This document shows positions 44,274 through 56,500 of a stretch of 64,000 nt of DNA, piece by piece (the stretch's first letter is position 1; each line of letters starts with the position of its first letter). The notes under the pieces are model-generated. The model did not search any database, was not told where the DNA came from, and worked only from the letters and a program-made list of their open reading frames with translations. The stretch is from Octopus sinensis (taxonomy: Eukaryota). The position numbers and the translations under genes are program-made. Where the stretch lies: positions 76,818,001-76,882,000 of the forward strand of contig NC_042999.1 in assembly GCF_006345805.1 (NCBI RefSeq), written 5' to 3'.

Positions 44274-45477
44274 CACAAAAAATAGTTTTCCTTTGATCGT
44301 ATTCAAAATACTCCAGAGACCACGTAGCTAAGAAAACAACACATGTAACATGCCTGTATTTCACAACTTATTTTCAATTTTGCGTTTGTTCATGTTACAA
44401 TTTCTTTGTTTTGTTTTCTCGTAGTTTTCTTCGTCTAACAACTTTTTTCTTTTTGTAAATAATTACACTTTGAATGTTGTTACTGTTGCAATTAATGATG
44501 TTAATTCTTTCTCTTTTTTTTGCTATTTTGATGTTCGTGTTGTGATTATTGTTGTGGTTGTGTGTTTTATTTGCTAGTACCGGCTGTTATTGTTTTTTTA
44601 TAGGGCTTCTTTGTTGTTGTTTTTTTTTTTACGTGTAGTCGTTGGAAATAACAATGTTGATGGTGGTGTTAAAAAACACACGTACACATAGGTTAAACAG
44701 TGGTAGTACTTGTTGGTGTTACAGCTCACTACCAGCGTCAGTAAACTATATTACTAATTTCCACCGGTACACAAGGGCAAACCAAACTACTTTCGGTAGA
44801 AAAGGATGCGTGTGCTCAACGAAGTAGCTTCGCTGTCTGGATGGATCGTTCAACTAATGAGTTAATGAATGTAGAACACACGCATGCAAGGAGATTTGAA
44901 GCGATGGGCAGACAGGTAGGCAGGTAGGTAACATAAACAGGTAAAGCAACCAACCGGCTTTCACATTAGTCAGTTTAGTTATGTTTTCATTTGATAGCCA
45001 TGAAGACACGCGTGTTATTATATACCCCACTACCAGTTTACGCAAATGTGTGTGAGTGTGTTGGTAATATTTACAACAGAGAGGAAGTAGGGGCAATAAC
45101 AAATAAGAACTTCCAGCAAGCAATCTTATTAAGTGGCGTCAATTAAGAGATGGGCGAAATGGTTGATGAAAGAGAGAGAGAGAGGGGGTAGGGATGGAGG
45201 AAGAATAATTAGCAAAAATGATGAGAATATTGGAAGCAGGTGGTTTTTAAAAATAAAAAGGTGAGGGGAGAAATAATGAGTAAAGAAGAAATGATGAAGT
45301 AAAAAGGGATTGAAGCGTAAACAGCACACACCTATACAACTAAAAATACTAATTCTAAAACGAGAAACACATCAATGAGTGAAAAAGAAAATGGAAGTTT
45401 TAAGCTGAATTAGTTTTAGTTACCGAAAATAAATATGGGAATTAAAAAAAAAATTGTGGGATAATAATAATAATAAC

Positions 45478-45511
<34 letters not shown>

Positions 45512-45986
45512 TTAATAATAATAATTAATAACAATTATGATAAAAAATTGCAGGGATGGGTGACAGAGTTTGTGAACGTTGAGAGAAGTGATTCGGGTCG
45601 GAGAGAGAGAGAGGTAGTGTGACTAAGTTGGTGAAATGTAAAAAGAAACCTAAACATCAAAAGCAGTTGCCTAGTGTGTGGCGAGAGGGGGGGGTATGGG
45701 TGCGCGCGCGCGCGCGAATGTGCCTATGTGTAGTAAATGCAGAAGATAACGTGTGGGTGTACAACTATCTCTACAAGAGCGAGTTCAGTGTGTGCTTAAG
45801 TGAAATTAGTATGGAAATTCAAGAGAACACATGTACCTGTTTGTGTCAATTTTGGAAAAGCGTATTCGCTTCAATGTGTGCGAATGTACGTGCTAATTTG
45901 TATATATGTATATATATGTATATAACTATGAGTAATATTCATATGTGAAAAGGTGTAAGAATTTAGAGTATGTATATGCACGAGCG

Positions 45987-46024
<38 letters not shown>

Positions 46025-46298
46025 AAGTGTGGAGTAAGTGTGTGATTGTTAGTCAAATATGTGTGAGAGTAGAGAATGTGTATGTTTGTGTGTATGAGTG
46101 TATAAAGATCAGTGTATGAGAGGCATAGTATATATGTGGGAGAAACGAACGTGTCGGAGTCTGAGAAAATGTTTCGTTGGAATGAGAAGTGAAAACAGGA
46201 ATGTGTGTATATTTGTGAGTATAAAGAAAGTGTGTGTATGGGCGAGTGTGTGTGCGTGTGTATGTATATATGTATGTATGTTTACGTATGTATGTATG

Positions 46299-46329
<31 letters not shown>

Positions 46330-46331
46330 GA

Positions 46332-46364
<33 letters not shown>

Positions 46365-46989
46365 GAGAAAATGACTAGATGCGTGTATGTTCGCGCGAAG
46401 AAACTTCAGTTTTGATTACAATATACAGAAGTGCTGTTAAGTGAAAGACACAGCATGTGAGGGAGAAGAGAGCTTGTGCAAAGTAAGAGTGTATAGGAAG
46501 AGAGAAAGAGTATGAGAAGAGTAAAACTGTTCAACAGACAGAATTTGAAAGGGAACGCAATTTTTTTCAATACCTAAGCGTGTGTGTGTGTGTGTGTATA
46601 GTATGGGTCTATGTGTATATTATAATGAAAGTAAGATTGTGTATGAATGTTTCTTTCTCAGATACTTTGTGTTTTGTAAGGAAAGTGAAAAGACTGTTTG
46701 AGAGAGGCAGATAACTTTTGTAGGAAAAGTATCAGCGTGAGTGATGGCGTGCGTGTGAGTGTAAGAGGCGAATAGAAGAGAAGAGAGATAAGGAAAGAGA
46801 GAGACGGAAGGTGACAAAGGTAAATTGTTTGAGTAGGTGTGAGGGGTGAGGTGGGGTGGGGTGGTACAAACGTTATAAAAGGAGGAGTGAGAGTTTGAAA
46901 AATTTGGTGCAGAAGAGTGATGAATGTCAGGTTGAAAGAGAATATATCTTTTAATGTGTGAGAGCGGAGAAAGTTTTACTTGAGGAAAT

Positions 46990-47133
46990 ATGAGTAAGAG
47001 AGGAATCCAAGAGAAGTGATGTCCGTCGAGGAAGGAGAGAAAGGAAGAAAGAAAGAAAGAAAGAGAGAAGAAAGAAAGACAGAAAGAAAGAAAGAACAGA
47101 AAGAAAGAAAGAAAGAAAGAGAAAAAAGAAGGA

Positions 47134-47176
<43 letters not shown>

Positions 47177-47325
47177 GAGGAAAGGCGGAAGGAAAGAAGG
47201 AAAGAAAGAAGGAAGGAAGGAAAGAAAGAAAGAAAGAAAGAAAGAAGGAAGGAAGGAATGAAGGAAAGAGAGAAAGAAGAAGAAAGAAAGAAGGAAAGAA
47301 AGAAAGAAAGAAAGGAAGGAAGGCA

Positions 47326-47363
<38 letters not shown>

Positions 47364-47400
47364 AGGAAGGAAAGAAGGAAAGATGTTACTGGAGAGGAGA
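46990..47400. repeat. Polypurine (GAAA/GGAA)n tract
   Basis: Directly visible. Confidence 0.95.
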
Positions 47401-48125
47401 AAAGGGATGTAAGGGAGAGAGGGGATAAAAATAGGTGGAAGTGATGTGAGGGGAGAAAGGAAAGAGTTTGTAGGTTATGACAAGGGGAATGGGTAGAGTA
47501 AGATAGAGAGACAGTGTGATACGAACGGTGCGTTGAAATCAAATGAAAGTGTGCTTCTATATGAGTAGGGGCGAAGGGAAGAAATGATAAAAGTGAGAGA
47601 AAGCTTAAGGATAGCAATGAATAATAAACTTGAAAGTAAAAGAGACAAGTAAAATAAATATTATAGTGAGAGGACGAAGAAGAACAGGGGGGGGGGAATG
47701 GGTGAAAAAAAAATGTGGAGAGTTAAGGGGAGGAAGAGAGCTTTTAAGTTTAAGAGCAGAGAGGTGGAAGGAGAGAATGCGATAAAGGGAAAGAAAAAGA
47801 AAGAGAGAGAGAGGGGAGAATATGAATGTATATGAGAAAGAGAGAGAGGGGAGAGGATGGGCGGGAGGCAGCCGGTGAGAGAAGGAAACAGATGGAGAGG
47901 GATCGGTGGCTCGGAAATATATATCTTATTGACTGGGGTGTAAAGAGCAAGTGTGAGAGAGGATGAAGAGAGATGTTATATTTTTTTTCAAAGGAGGAAG
48001 AGTGAGAGATACTATTTTTATAAAAGGAATGAGAGAAATATCGTTAAAACGTAAAAATAATAAGGACGGTGAGTTGGTTCGATAAGTGTAGGAGTTAGAG
48101 GGGTGGATATATATATATTGTATAT

Positions 48126-48158
<33 letters not shown>

Positions 48159-48268
48159 CTATATATATATATATTATATCGAACGTTGTAGATAGTAGAG
48201 AGAAAAGGTTTGCGGAAGGTAAAATTGGAAGGAAACACGGTTTCTCCGTTCGTATTGAGTGTGCTAGC

Positions 48269-48333
<65 letters not shown>

Positions 48334-48503
48334 GTGTGTGTGTGGTGTTTGTGTGTGTGGTGTGTTATATTATTGTGCAATACGTGCTATAGCTAGTTAC
48401 ATGTCATACGTACGCTGTGTGCGTGTGTGTGTGTGTGTGCTTCATGCGTATCCTTGCGTGCGTATTTATATATACATATATACATATATATATATATATA
48501 GAA

Positions 48504-48535
<32 letters not shown>

Positions 48536-49486
48536 GGTTGTGATTGAATTATGACACGGTGGTTGTCGTACGTGTATATACTCTAAAGTGAAAATGTATT
48601 TGTTAGATATTTACAGTGCGTATCGTTAGTATGAACATTTCGGTGTATCTTCTCTTCATTCGAAGCATAAGTTAACCGTATATGTTTTGTTTATATTATA
48701 TACACACTGGTGTGCATGTATGTTAAAGAGGAAAGAGAATAGTCCTCCTAGCCAGTTCTCTATTTCGCAAACGTAAACAATGCGTAAGTCTGGAGTGAAA
48801 ACGGATTCTAAAGTCGGTATTAAATAATGATGGATTACACAATTAATTATAGCATAATACTAAGAAAACGAAGCTGCTAGTAGGTATATGAGTATAAATA
48901 TTCGCATTTAAGTATCGACCTACAAACTCTTAGTCTGAAAAAACTAGACAACTATATTCGTTTACACCGTGCCGGTTAATGATGCTCGTTCAAATTGTTT
49001 ACAAAATATTCCACGCTTTATGGGAACAATGTAAGCCGACAGTAAAATGTAAGAAATAGTTATGGGAACTCTTTCATAAATTTTAAACTGATATAAGTTA
49101 GACCTTTAGTATTTAGTTGGAAAACTTACAGGCCTTCAGTTCCCCTTTAAAACACGGATTGTTGAAAATTAATTTCTTCTATCACAAATCATAAAGTGAA
49201 ATGCATTCAGCTAGGAATCGAAACCCCAAGTCAGAGACTCAGTTGCTGTGAATTTACCTCTCTGTTCTACAGTTCTCTATTCTACGTGTACAAAGCATGT
49301 ATTTACATATATAAACGTGTTTTAATGAGTTTATATAACTATGTCAGATTTAATGAGTTTGATTCTGTGTCTGGCATGTATGTATATGTTTGCATATGTT
49401 AAATTTCGTGAAAGAGTAAAAATGAAATTATCTTATGTTTGTTTATATACCTGTAGGTTAAGTACAGGAGTGTTTCAGGGCTAATA

Positions 49487-49554
<68 letters not shown>

Positions 49555-49757
49555 AATGTATACGTATGTTAAACAGTATATAAATGTGTTTGTTTATATT
49601 TTGAACTTATCGATAAAGTTTATTTATTTATCTTCTTTACGAAGTGTATATGTGTGCGCGTGGAGGTATGTAGGTATGTATACACTGACCGGTTTAATAT
49701 ATATATATTCACTATTTATGTCTTTGTGCATGCATGTATCTATATGTGTGTGTATGT

Positions 49758-49789
<32 letters not shown>

Positions 49790-50267
49790 TGAGTTAGTTG
49801 TTTGCAGTCGACATTGCTGTCGTCTGTTTTTGAACAAATGAAACGATGGTCGAATTATCAATGACAAAAGAAACTGTCAAACCAAAAATATCTGTAAACT
49901 GGTCAATATGTCTCTTTTCTTGTCCTCGACTCCTTGGCTATTCTTACTCTGGTAATTCTTTGAATTATTCTCGGGCATGAAAACTTTTTGTCTTTTCGCC
50001 TTCCGACTCATTTGTTTTTTTTTTTGTTTTTTTTCTGCACACTCGCTTTCAGACTTCCCCACACTTCTCTCTCTTTCTTTCTCTCTCTCTCTCTCTCTCT
50101 CATTCTTTCTCTCTCTAAGTGCCCCCTCTCGCTCGGTCTCTGGGTGTCCTTGTAAATTACTCCTCTCCTACCCCACTTCTCTTGCCCTTTCTCTCTACTT
50201 TCACTCCTTTTTCTCTTTTCTCTTTATCTGTCTTTCCCTCATCCTCTCTCTCTCTCCTCTTTCTCCC

Positions 50268-50521
50268 TCTCCCTCCTCTCTCTCCCTCTCTCTCTCGCTC
50301 TTCTTCTCTCTCTCTTCCTCTCTCTCACGCTCTCCCTCTCTCTTCCTTTCTCTGTGATTTTATTTCTCGTTAACCTTTTCGTAACTGAACCATTACACGC
50401 ATTACGCTTTCTATTTGTCATCGCCTTTTTTATGGCTTATATTATCTTTCAATACCTTCTTCTTCTTTCTTATTGCCTCATTTGTATTTTTGGTTTGCTC
50501 CTCTCTCTCTCTCACTCTCTC

Positions 50522-50567
<46 letters not shown>

Positions 50568-50982
50568 AATATATATATATATTATTATATATATATATTA
50601 TATATATATATTATATAATATATATTATATAATATATATATATTCCATACTCTTTTCTAACACATTCATCTTTCTCCTCTCCTCTCTCTCTCCCTCTCTC
50701 TCTCGCTCTTCTTCTCTCTCTCTTCCTCTCTCTCACGCTCTCCACTCTCTCTTCCTTTCTCTGTGATTTTATTTCTCGTTAACCTTTTCGTAACTGAACC
50801 ATTACACGCATTCGCTTTCTATTTGTCATCGCCTTTTTTATGGCTTATATTATCTTTCCAATACTTCCTTCTTTCTTATTGCCTCATTTGTATTTTTGGT
50901 TTGCTCCTCTCTCTCTCTCACTCTCTCTCTCTCTTTCTCTCTCTCCTCTCTCTCTCTCTTCAGATATATATATATATATATA

Positions 50983-50990
<8 letters not shown>
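50268..50990. repeat. Tandem duplication, ~409-bp period, in a CT-rich tract
   Basis: The unique block GTGATTTTATTTCTCGTTAACC...GGTTTGCTCC occurs at 50354 and 50763. Confidence 0.9.
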
Positions 50991-51015
<25 letters not shown>

Positions 51016-51299
51016 CTCTTTTCTACATTCATATTTTATCTCCTCTATCTCTCTCTAATCTCCTTCTCTCTTCTATACTATATCTATATTATATATCTAT
51101 CTATTCCTACTCTTCTCTCTCTCTCCTCTCTCTCTCTCCTCTCTCTCTCTCGCTCTCTCTCTCGTCTTCCTTTAATATATTCCACTGTTCTCTTTATTTT
51201 TTAACTGTCCCTTTCGATTTGCATTGTTATTTATAATTTTTTTTCCTTATCTTTATGGCTTCTACTTCTCTTGGTAACAACCTGTAATCAAAGGCGAAA

Positions 51300-51800
51300 C
51301 TATTCTTATGGTTGTTGTTTTTCAAGAAAGAAAATCCACTTCATAGTTCCACTTGTTGCAAATATCGAACAAACAACGTCTTAACTGGAAATATTAGGAT
51401 TTACCATCTCAAGCGAGTTTTCCTTGAAACTTCATTATCATAACTACATCAAAGAGAATTCCTATTTGGTGCTAGGAAATACTTCAACTCTGAGCAAAGT
51501 GCTGACTGTCTACAAAGCTAATATATAAACCCCACAATGGAGTTCTACTCTCTTATCTAGACTGGTGCATTTCCATCGAAATCCTTTAATAAATAATGAC
51601 GTAGTCGCTCTTCCCTTTTGAGACCCTTTGGAAAGCTTTCCATATTGGTTGATTCTGTGTATTTTAGAACGAAACTGTTTCATCACTAGACCATTGCTAC
51701 ACTACCAGACTACATAAAAACATTTAGAAGACCGTCGCCTGTCTCAGCAATCTTTAGCTAAAAATTCCATTACCACTCAACATTAAAATAACACCATTTC
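51300..51800 (+). mobile_element. Decayed Jockey/I/CR1-group LINE post-RT fragment
   Basis: GARKYFNSEQ..LTVYKA..PTMEFYS..I*TGA resembles RxYF...LLxLYKAxVRPxMEYCSHIW. Confidence 0.55.
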
Positions 51801-52021
51801 GAAAAGCACTACAACTCCCACTTGATTCAATCAAACGCAACAAACATATAAACCAAAATGATAATAAAAACATGATTACCACAGGAAATCCTACTTTATC
51901 GTTGTGTTTCTAACTACGTATATAATGAACGAGTCATTAAGAAAGCGTCTATGTAACAGAAGCTTTACATGCTAGAAATAGCAACGGAATCTCCTTCCCA
52001 TCTTACCTTACTAAGTTTTTC

Positions 52022-52222
52022 TTTTTCTACTATGGGCCTGAATTTGTTAGAAAGCAGGTTAGTCAAAAACATCAACCCCGGTGTTTAGCTGGTACTTATT
52101 TTATCGACCCCAAAAGATGAAAGGAAAAGTTGACCTTGACAGACTTTGAACTCACAACATAAAGCCAGAAGAAATGCTGATAAGCATTTTGCCCGATGTA
52201 CTAACGATTCTACCAGCCCGCC
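52022..52222 (-). mobile_element. SINE family 2
   Basis: Colinear with 18396-18590. Confidence 0.75.
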
Positions 52223-52251
52223 CCCTTTGTACCACTCTTTTTTATAAGGAA

Positions 52252-52651
52252 CTAGCAGTATCGCCCGGCGTTGCTCGGGTTTGTAAGGGAAATAACTATA
52301 TAAGCATTTTTAGAGAGTTATAGCCAAAAAATAGCAAAAAAATGCATTAAAAATGGAAAAAAAATTATGGTAAATTTTGTTTTAAATCGTTGACTCATCG
52401 TAGATATTTTTAGAAAGTTACTTTCCTTATATAATAGCGAAAACATGCATTAAAATGGAAAAAAATGATGGTAATTTTTTTTTTTTTAATCGTAGACTCA
52501 TCGTAGACGCGCACTAATACCCAGAAGGGCTCGATATGAATCACGACTATAAGATACCCGGTTTTGGTTAAACTGCACCGCAAAATGTGGGAGTAGTTAG
52601 GAATCTAAATCGTAGGAGACAGACACACAACTTCACTTTTATATATAAAGA
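52252..52651 (-). mobile_element. Complete 400-bp non-autonomous Helitron
   Basis: The minus strand starts TCTTTATATATAAAAG and ends with the hairpin CCCGAGCAACGCCGGG shortly before a terminal CTAG. It is inserted between host A (52652) and T (52251) with no TSD, and has an internal ~100-bp duplication. Confidence 0.88.
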
Positions 52652-52949
52652 TATATTACACAAATCTATGGTGTTGGATCTCTTTCGTTCGACAATAAGG
52701 ATTCGGTTGTTCGGGGATGGTGAAAGATGGAATCTTGTTAGTAATGAGTTTGCTTAAGGAACGTAAATTTTAGTATTTGAGTTTGTTATAGCTATGGCAT
52801 AGCTACGGTTAAATATCTATGAACCATTGTTGTTGAACAAGTAAAATGTTGATAATGTGTGTGTGACATTATCAAATAAATAGCTAAATGATCTTGTTTC
52901 AGAGAATATTTAGAATGTGTGTGTGTGTGTCTGTGTGTGTGTGTGCGTG

Positions 52950-52987
<38 letters not shown>

Positions 52988-53570
52988 CAACAGCACCGAC
53001 CCGACCCAAATATGTCAGCAGTCAGTATTTTCTGACCCTGAAGCGGGAGTCTAGTCTTTATAATGCAGTATACGAAATGTATATCTGTAAAATCACTATG
53101 AGAGATGTCGGAGATTAGTAGTACTTGACTTATTTAATTTATATGTAAAACAAACTTGTCAATAACGGAATTTAAAGTGAGAACGTAAAGACACATAATA
53201 TTTGTCTGTATATTTATAGCAATCATTAAATTTTATTTTCTCATCAGTTATAAGTCATTGAAACTGTTCTAAGAAAATGGGCGTTTATCACAACTTTATT
53301 GCGAAAGCCATTTCATACTAACATTAGATTTTTATCCCTGTAATTTTCCTATTTAACTCTAACAGTCCATTCTTCATCAGTTGTAACATTTTTAGCAGCC
53401 TGTTTCCTGCGTCAGGCACCCATACATATACATATAGAGAAATGTAATATGTGACAATTATTCGGTAGCCATGATATAACTCCGAGCTTCGGATGTCGGG
53501 GTGGAAATCCACGCCGTCATCTCTTCAGTTATCCGGCCATCGAAAAAAATGCTATGAAATGCTATACTGA

Positions 53571-54387
53571 TGGCTTATGAGCAATTTAACAACCTAAAGG
53601 CAAATTTATAGACGTCACTAAAGTGACAGAGGGTTCTAAGTAGTACCAGCGTTGCTAGAAATAAGAATGAAAACAACTCAATAGCCACAGAAACATTATC
53701 TTAATAACTGACGTGGGAAACAATCTCCCTAACGGACATAGCCAGATCACCGGTGATTTCGAATTTTAATGCTAAGTGTCTTAATTCTAATTGGAGGCTC
53801 TTATTGCACTTAAGGTTAAACTCAACTCACCTTGTCAGTTTATAAGAAACACATTGAACTCATGCGCTGATTTCAAAAACGATAAAACTGAAAACTACAA
53901 ATGATATGGGTGGCTTGTTAGCAATTTAACAACCTAAAGGCACATTTATAGACGTCACTAAAGTGACAGAGGGTTCTAAGTAGTACCAGGTTTGCTAGAA
54001 ATAAGAGTCAACTCAATAGCTACAGAAGCACTATCATAATGGTTGACAAGGGAGACAATCACCCTAGCGGTTCTTAAATTGCTAATAAGCCACCTATATT
54101 ATTTGTAGTTCTCACTTTTACCATGTTTTAAATCAGCGTATGAGTTCAACGGATTTCTTATAAGCTGACAAGATGAGTTGAGTTTACCTCCAGGCGCAGT
54201 AAGAGCCACCGATGAGAATTAAGAAGCTTTAGCATCAAAATTCGAAATCACTGGTGACCTGGTTGTCTGCTAGGGAGATTGTCTCCCTTGTCAGTCATCA
54301 AGATAGTGCTTTTGTGGCTATTGAGTTGTTTTCATTCTTATTTTTAGCAATACTGGTTCTACATAGCACCCTCTGTGTGTAAAGACG

Positions 54388-54391
<4 letters not shown>
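53571..54391. mobile_element. Retrozyme/Penelope-pLTR-like repeat: 340-bp unit as ~1.5 tandem copies plus one inverted copy
   Basis: GCAATTTAACAACCTAAAGG at 53581 and 53921 (period 340). 54071-54391 is a diverged reverse complement of ~53609-53930. The unit contains a hammerhead-like core. Confidence 0.75.
54204..54264 (+). ncRNA. Type I hammerhead ribozyme-like motif (U4C variant, partly decayed); sister copy on the minus strand at 53740-53799
   Basis: AGCCA-CCGATGA-GAATT..AATTC-GAAA-TCACTGGTGA-CC-TGGTT. The sister copy supplies GAAA-TCACCGGTGA-TC-TGGCT, so stems I, II and III all pair in the two-copy consensus. Confidence 0.65.
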
Positions 54392-54426
<35 letters not shown>

Positions 54427-54462
54427 GTATGTAAGTATGTACAACATATATATATATATATA

Positions 54463-54738
54463 TATCCTCTAGCAGACAGCAAGATTATGAGACTGACTCA
54501 GTTTCGAGCAAGTTGGTTCGTCTTCAGTCGCGAGTACCTGGTGGCCAGACCCATAGCCAGGGTCCACTCCAGCCAGCAATATATTGTAAACAAAGTTCCC
54601 CGCCGTTATGCCAAAAGTAGAGCGCGCGCGTGGGATTTTCGTTTTCAAAGAACGCATCGTGCAGTGATATTTAATCAAGTTTTACCAACAAAAGTCTTTC
54701 CTTGTTTGTTTTGCAAAATAGTGGTTTTGTCTCGAATA

Positions 54739-54775
<37 letters not shown>

Positions 54776-54911
54776 TCACTTTGTTTACAATATATTGCTG
54801 GCTGGAGTGGACCCTGGCTATGGGTCTGGCCACCAGGTACTCGCGACTGAAGACGAACCAACTTGCTCGAAACTGAGTCAGTCTCATAATCTTGCTGTCT
54901 GCTAGAGGATA
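54463..54911. repeat. Perfect 134-bp inverted repeat (54463-54596 / 54778-54911)
   Basis: Arms compared base by base and found to be exact reverse complements. Confidence 0.95.
54843..54887 (+). ncRNA. Type I hammerhead ribozyme-like motif (mirror copy on the minus strand at 54487-54531)
   Basis: CTGAAGA (54847-54853), GAAA (54869-54872), near-palindromic stem III ACTGA-G-TCAGT and a GTC cleavage triplet (54881-54883). Stems I and II are weak. Confidence 0.55.
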
Positions 54912-55133
54912 CTGGAGGTAGCAATATATATGTATATACAGAGTGCAGCGCCGCACCGATAACCAGCTGGAAGAAGATCTGCCTGGGGTTAAACTAGAAG
55001 TAACATGAACAGCCACTTTGATGTGGCGATTAACTTTACTGATATGAGATGCAGGGGCAAAATCCTTTGAGTAGGAGTTAACACCATCCTTCCTGTGTAT
55101 GCATGAAACATTTTTGCGCTGATAGGCTGCATC

Positions 55134-55680
55134 AGTTCCCCGCCGTTATGCCAAAAGTAGAGCGCGCGCGTGGGATTTTCGTTTTCAAAGAACGCATCGT
55201 GCAGTGATATTTAATCAAGTTTTACCAACAAAAGCTTGGCGATACTTAAACCATCTAGAAATTCAGCTGGCCTTTGGCGATGATGCCATGGGCAAAGCTG
55301 AGGTCAAGGGGTGGTACAACTGCTTCAATGGCCACGTAGAAGCAGAGAACGAGGCACGCTGAGGTAAAGTCAAAACAAGGGGCTGATTGAGAAGGTTCGG
55401 TGAATAGTATGGGAGACTGCTCACCAAGTGGGAAAATCCACAGGATCAGTGCATTCTATTTTAACGGAGAATATATGCATACGAAGAGTGTCGGAGAAAT
55501 TCGTCCCCAAGGTGTTGAAGGAGCGGCGTAAATAACTCCGTGTGGAAATCGCTCAGGACATGCTGGACTGTGCAATCCACGACCCAGACTCTTCATGAAG
55601 ATCATCATCACTGGTGATGAGACATGGGTTTATGATCTGTGCTCAATGCATTCGGTCATCTGGCGTGAAAACGAAAATCG
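55134..55680 (+). mobile_element. Decayed mariner transposase, 5' half
   Basis: IQLAFGDDAMGKAEVKGWYNCFN, RRVSEKFVPKVL (WVPREL-equivalent) and IITGDETWVYD. Confidence 0.85.
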
Positions 55681-56280
55681 AACGAGCATGTCTACGCACC
55701 TCCATGTTTCATGTCGAAGAAGTGGCCAAAGACCAACCTAGCTGTGAATGTGTTGGTCGCGATGCCTTTCCTGCGCCCCGGTTCTGGGTTCCTATCTGGA
55801 TCTCCCACTGGTCTAGACTTGTCTGTCATTATTTCCCTATTAGACCTTGTTCATTCCAATCTCATAGCACTTTTCAGAGCGTGCTATCCACCACGGCTAT
55901 TGATAATTTACTCTGTCAACTCCCGCTTAACTAATTTGTTAATCCGGTCTCTGTAAGCTCGGCACGCCGAAAAAAATGCGTTTAGCTCTTCCAGTTACTG
56001 GTCCCTGCTTATGAAGTTCATCTAGGGCGTCCAACAGTTCACAAATTAGTGGTCTGTGTAGCCGGTGGTTTTGAATTGTGCACAAGCTACGCTATCTATA
56101 TCTGCTGGCCTACAGAATATCATATTTAGATACGATCTGGATGACCCGATGCTGCTTGCTCATGTCTATATTGGCACATTCAGTAAATCCAGTCAGTACA
56201 CGTCAATCAGTTGAAAATTACCGTGAACTTTTGGGGAAGCTTTTTATACCCCAGTTTCCTATCAGCTAATTCCACGCAAT

Positions 56281-56500
56281 TCAAACTTGCATCAAAGATG
56301 TATATAGTAGAAGCCTCCTCTTCTCTGCATTTTGTTGAAGATAGAAAGCTCTTAAGTGGTTTTCAGCACTAAACAAATGGCACCTTGGCATTCTACCTTC
56401 AATTGCAACCATTGGGCAGGAGGATAATGTCTGGGGTCTTTTCACCATCTTCCGGTTTGATCTAGAGGGAGGTGTCACTGCCCTCTTAGACAATATAGGC
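56281..56500 (-). mobile_element. Possible L1/Tx1 ORF1 zinc-knuckle remnant
   Basis: CPMVAIEGRMPRCHLFSAENHLRAF resembles the VxVEGRxPxCxxCxxxxHxxxxC pattern with decayed cysteines. Confidence 0.4.

Noticed and set aside
46976-47617. 213-aa Phe/Leu/Ser ORF and the Lys/Glu/Arg ORF on the opposite strand
   Set aside because: Products of the (GAAA)n tract.
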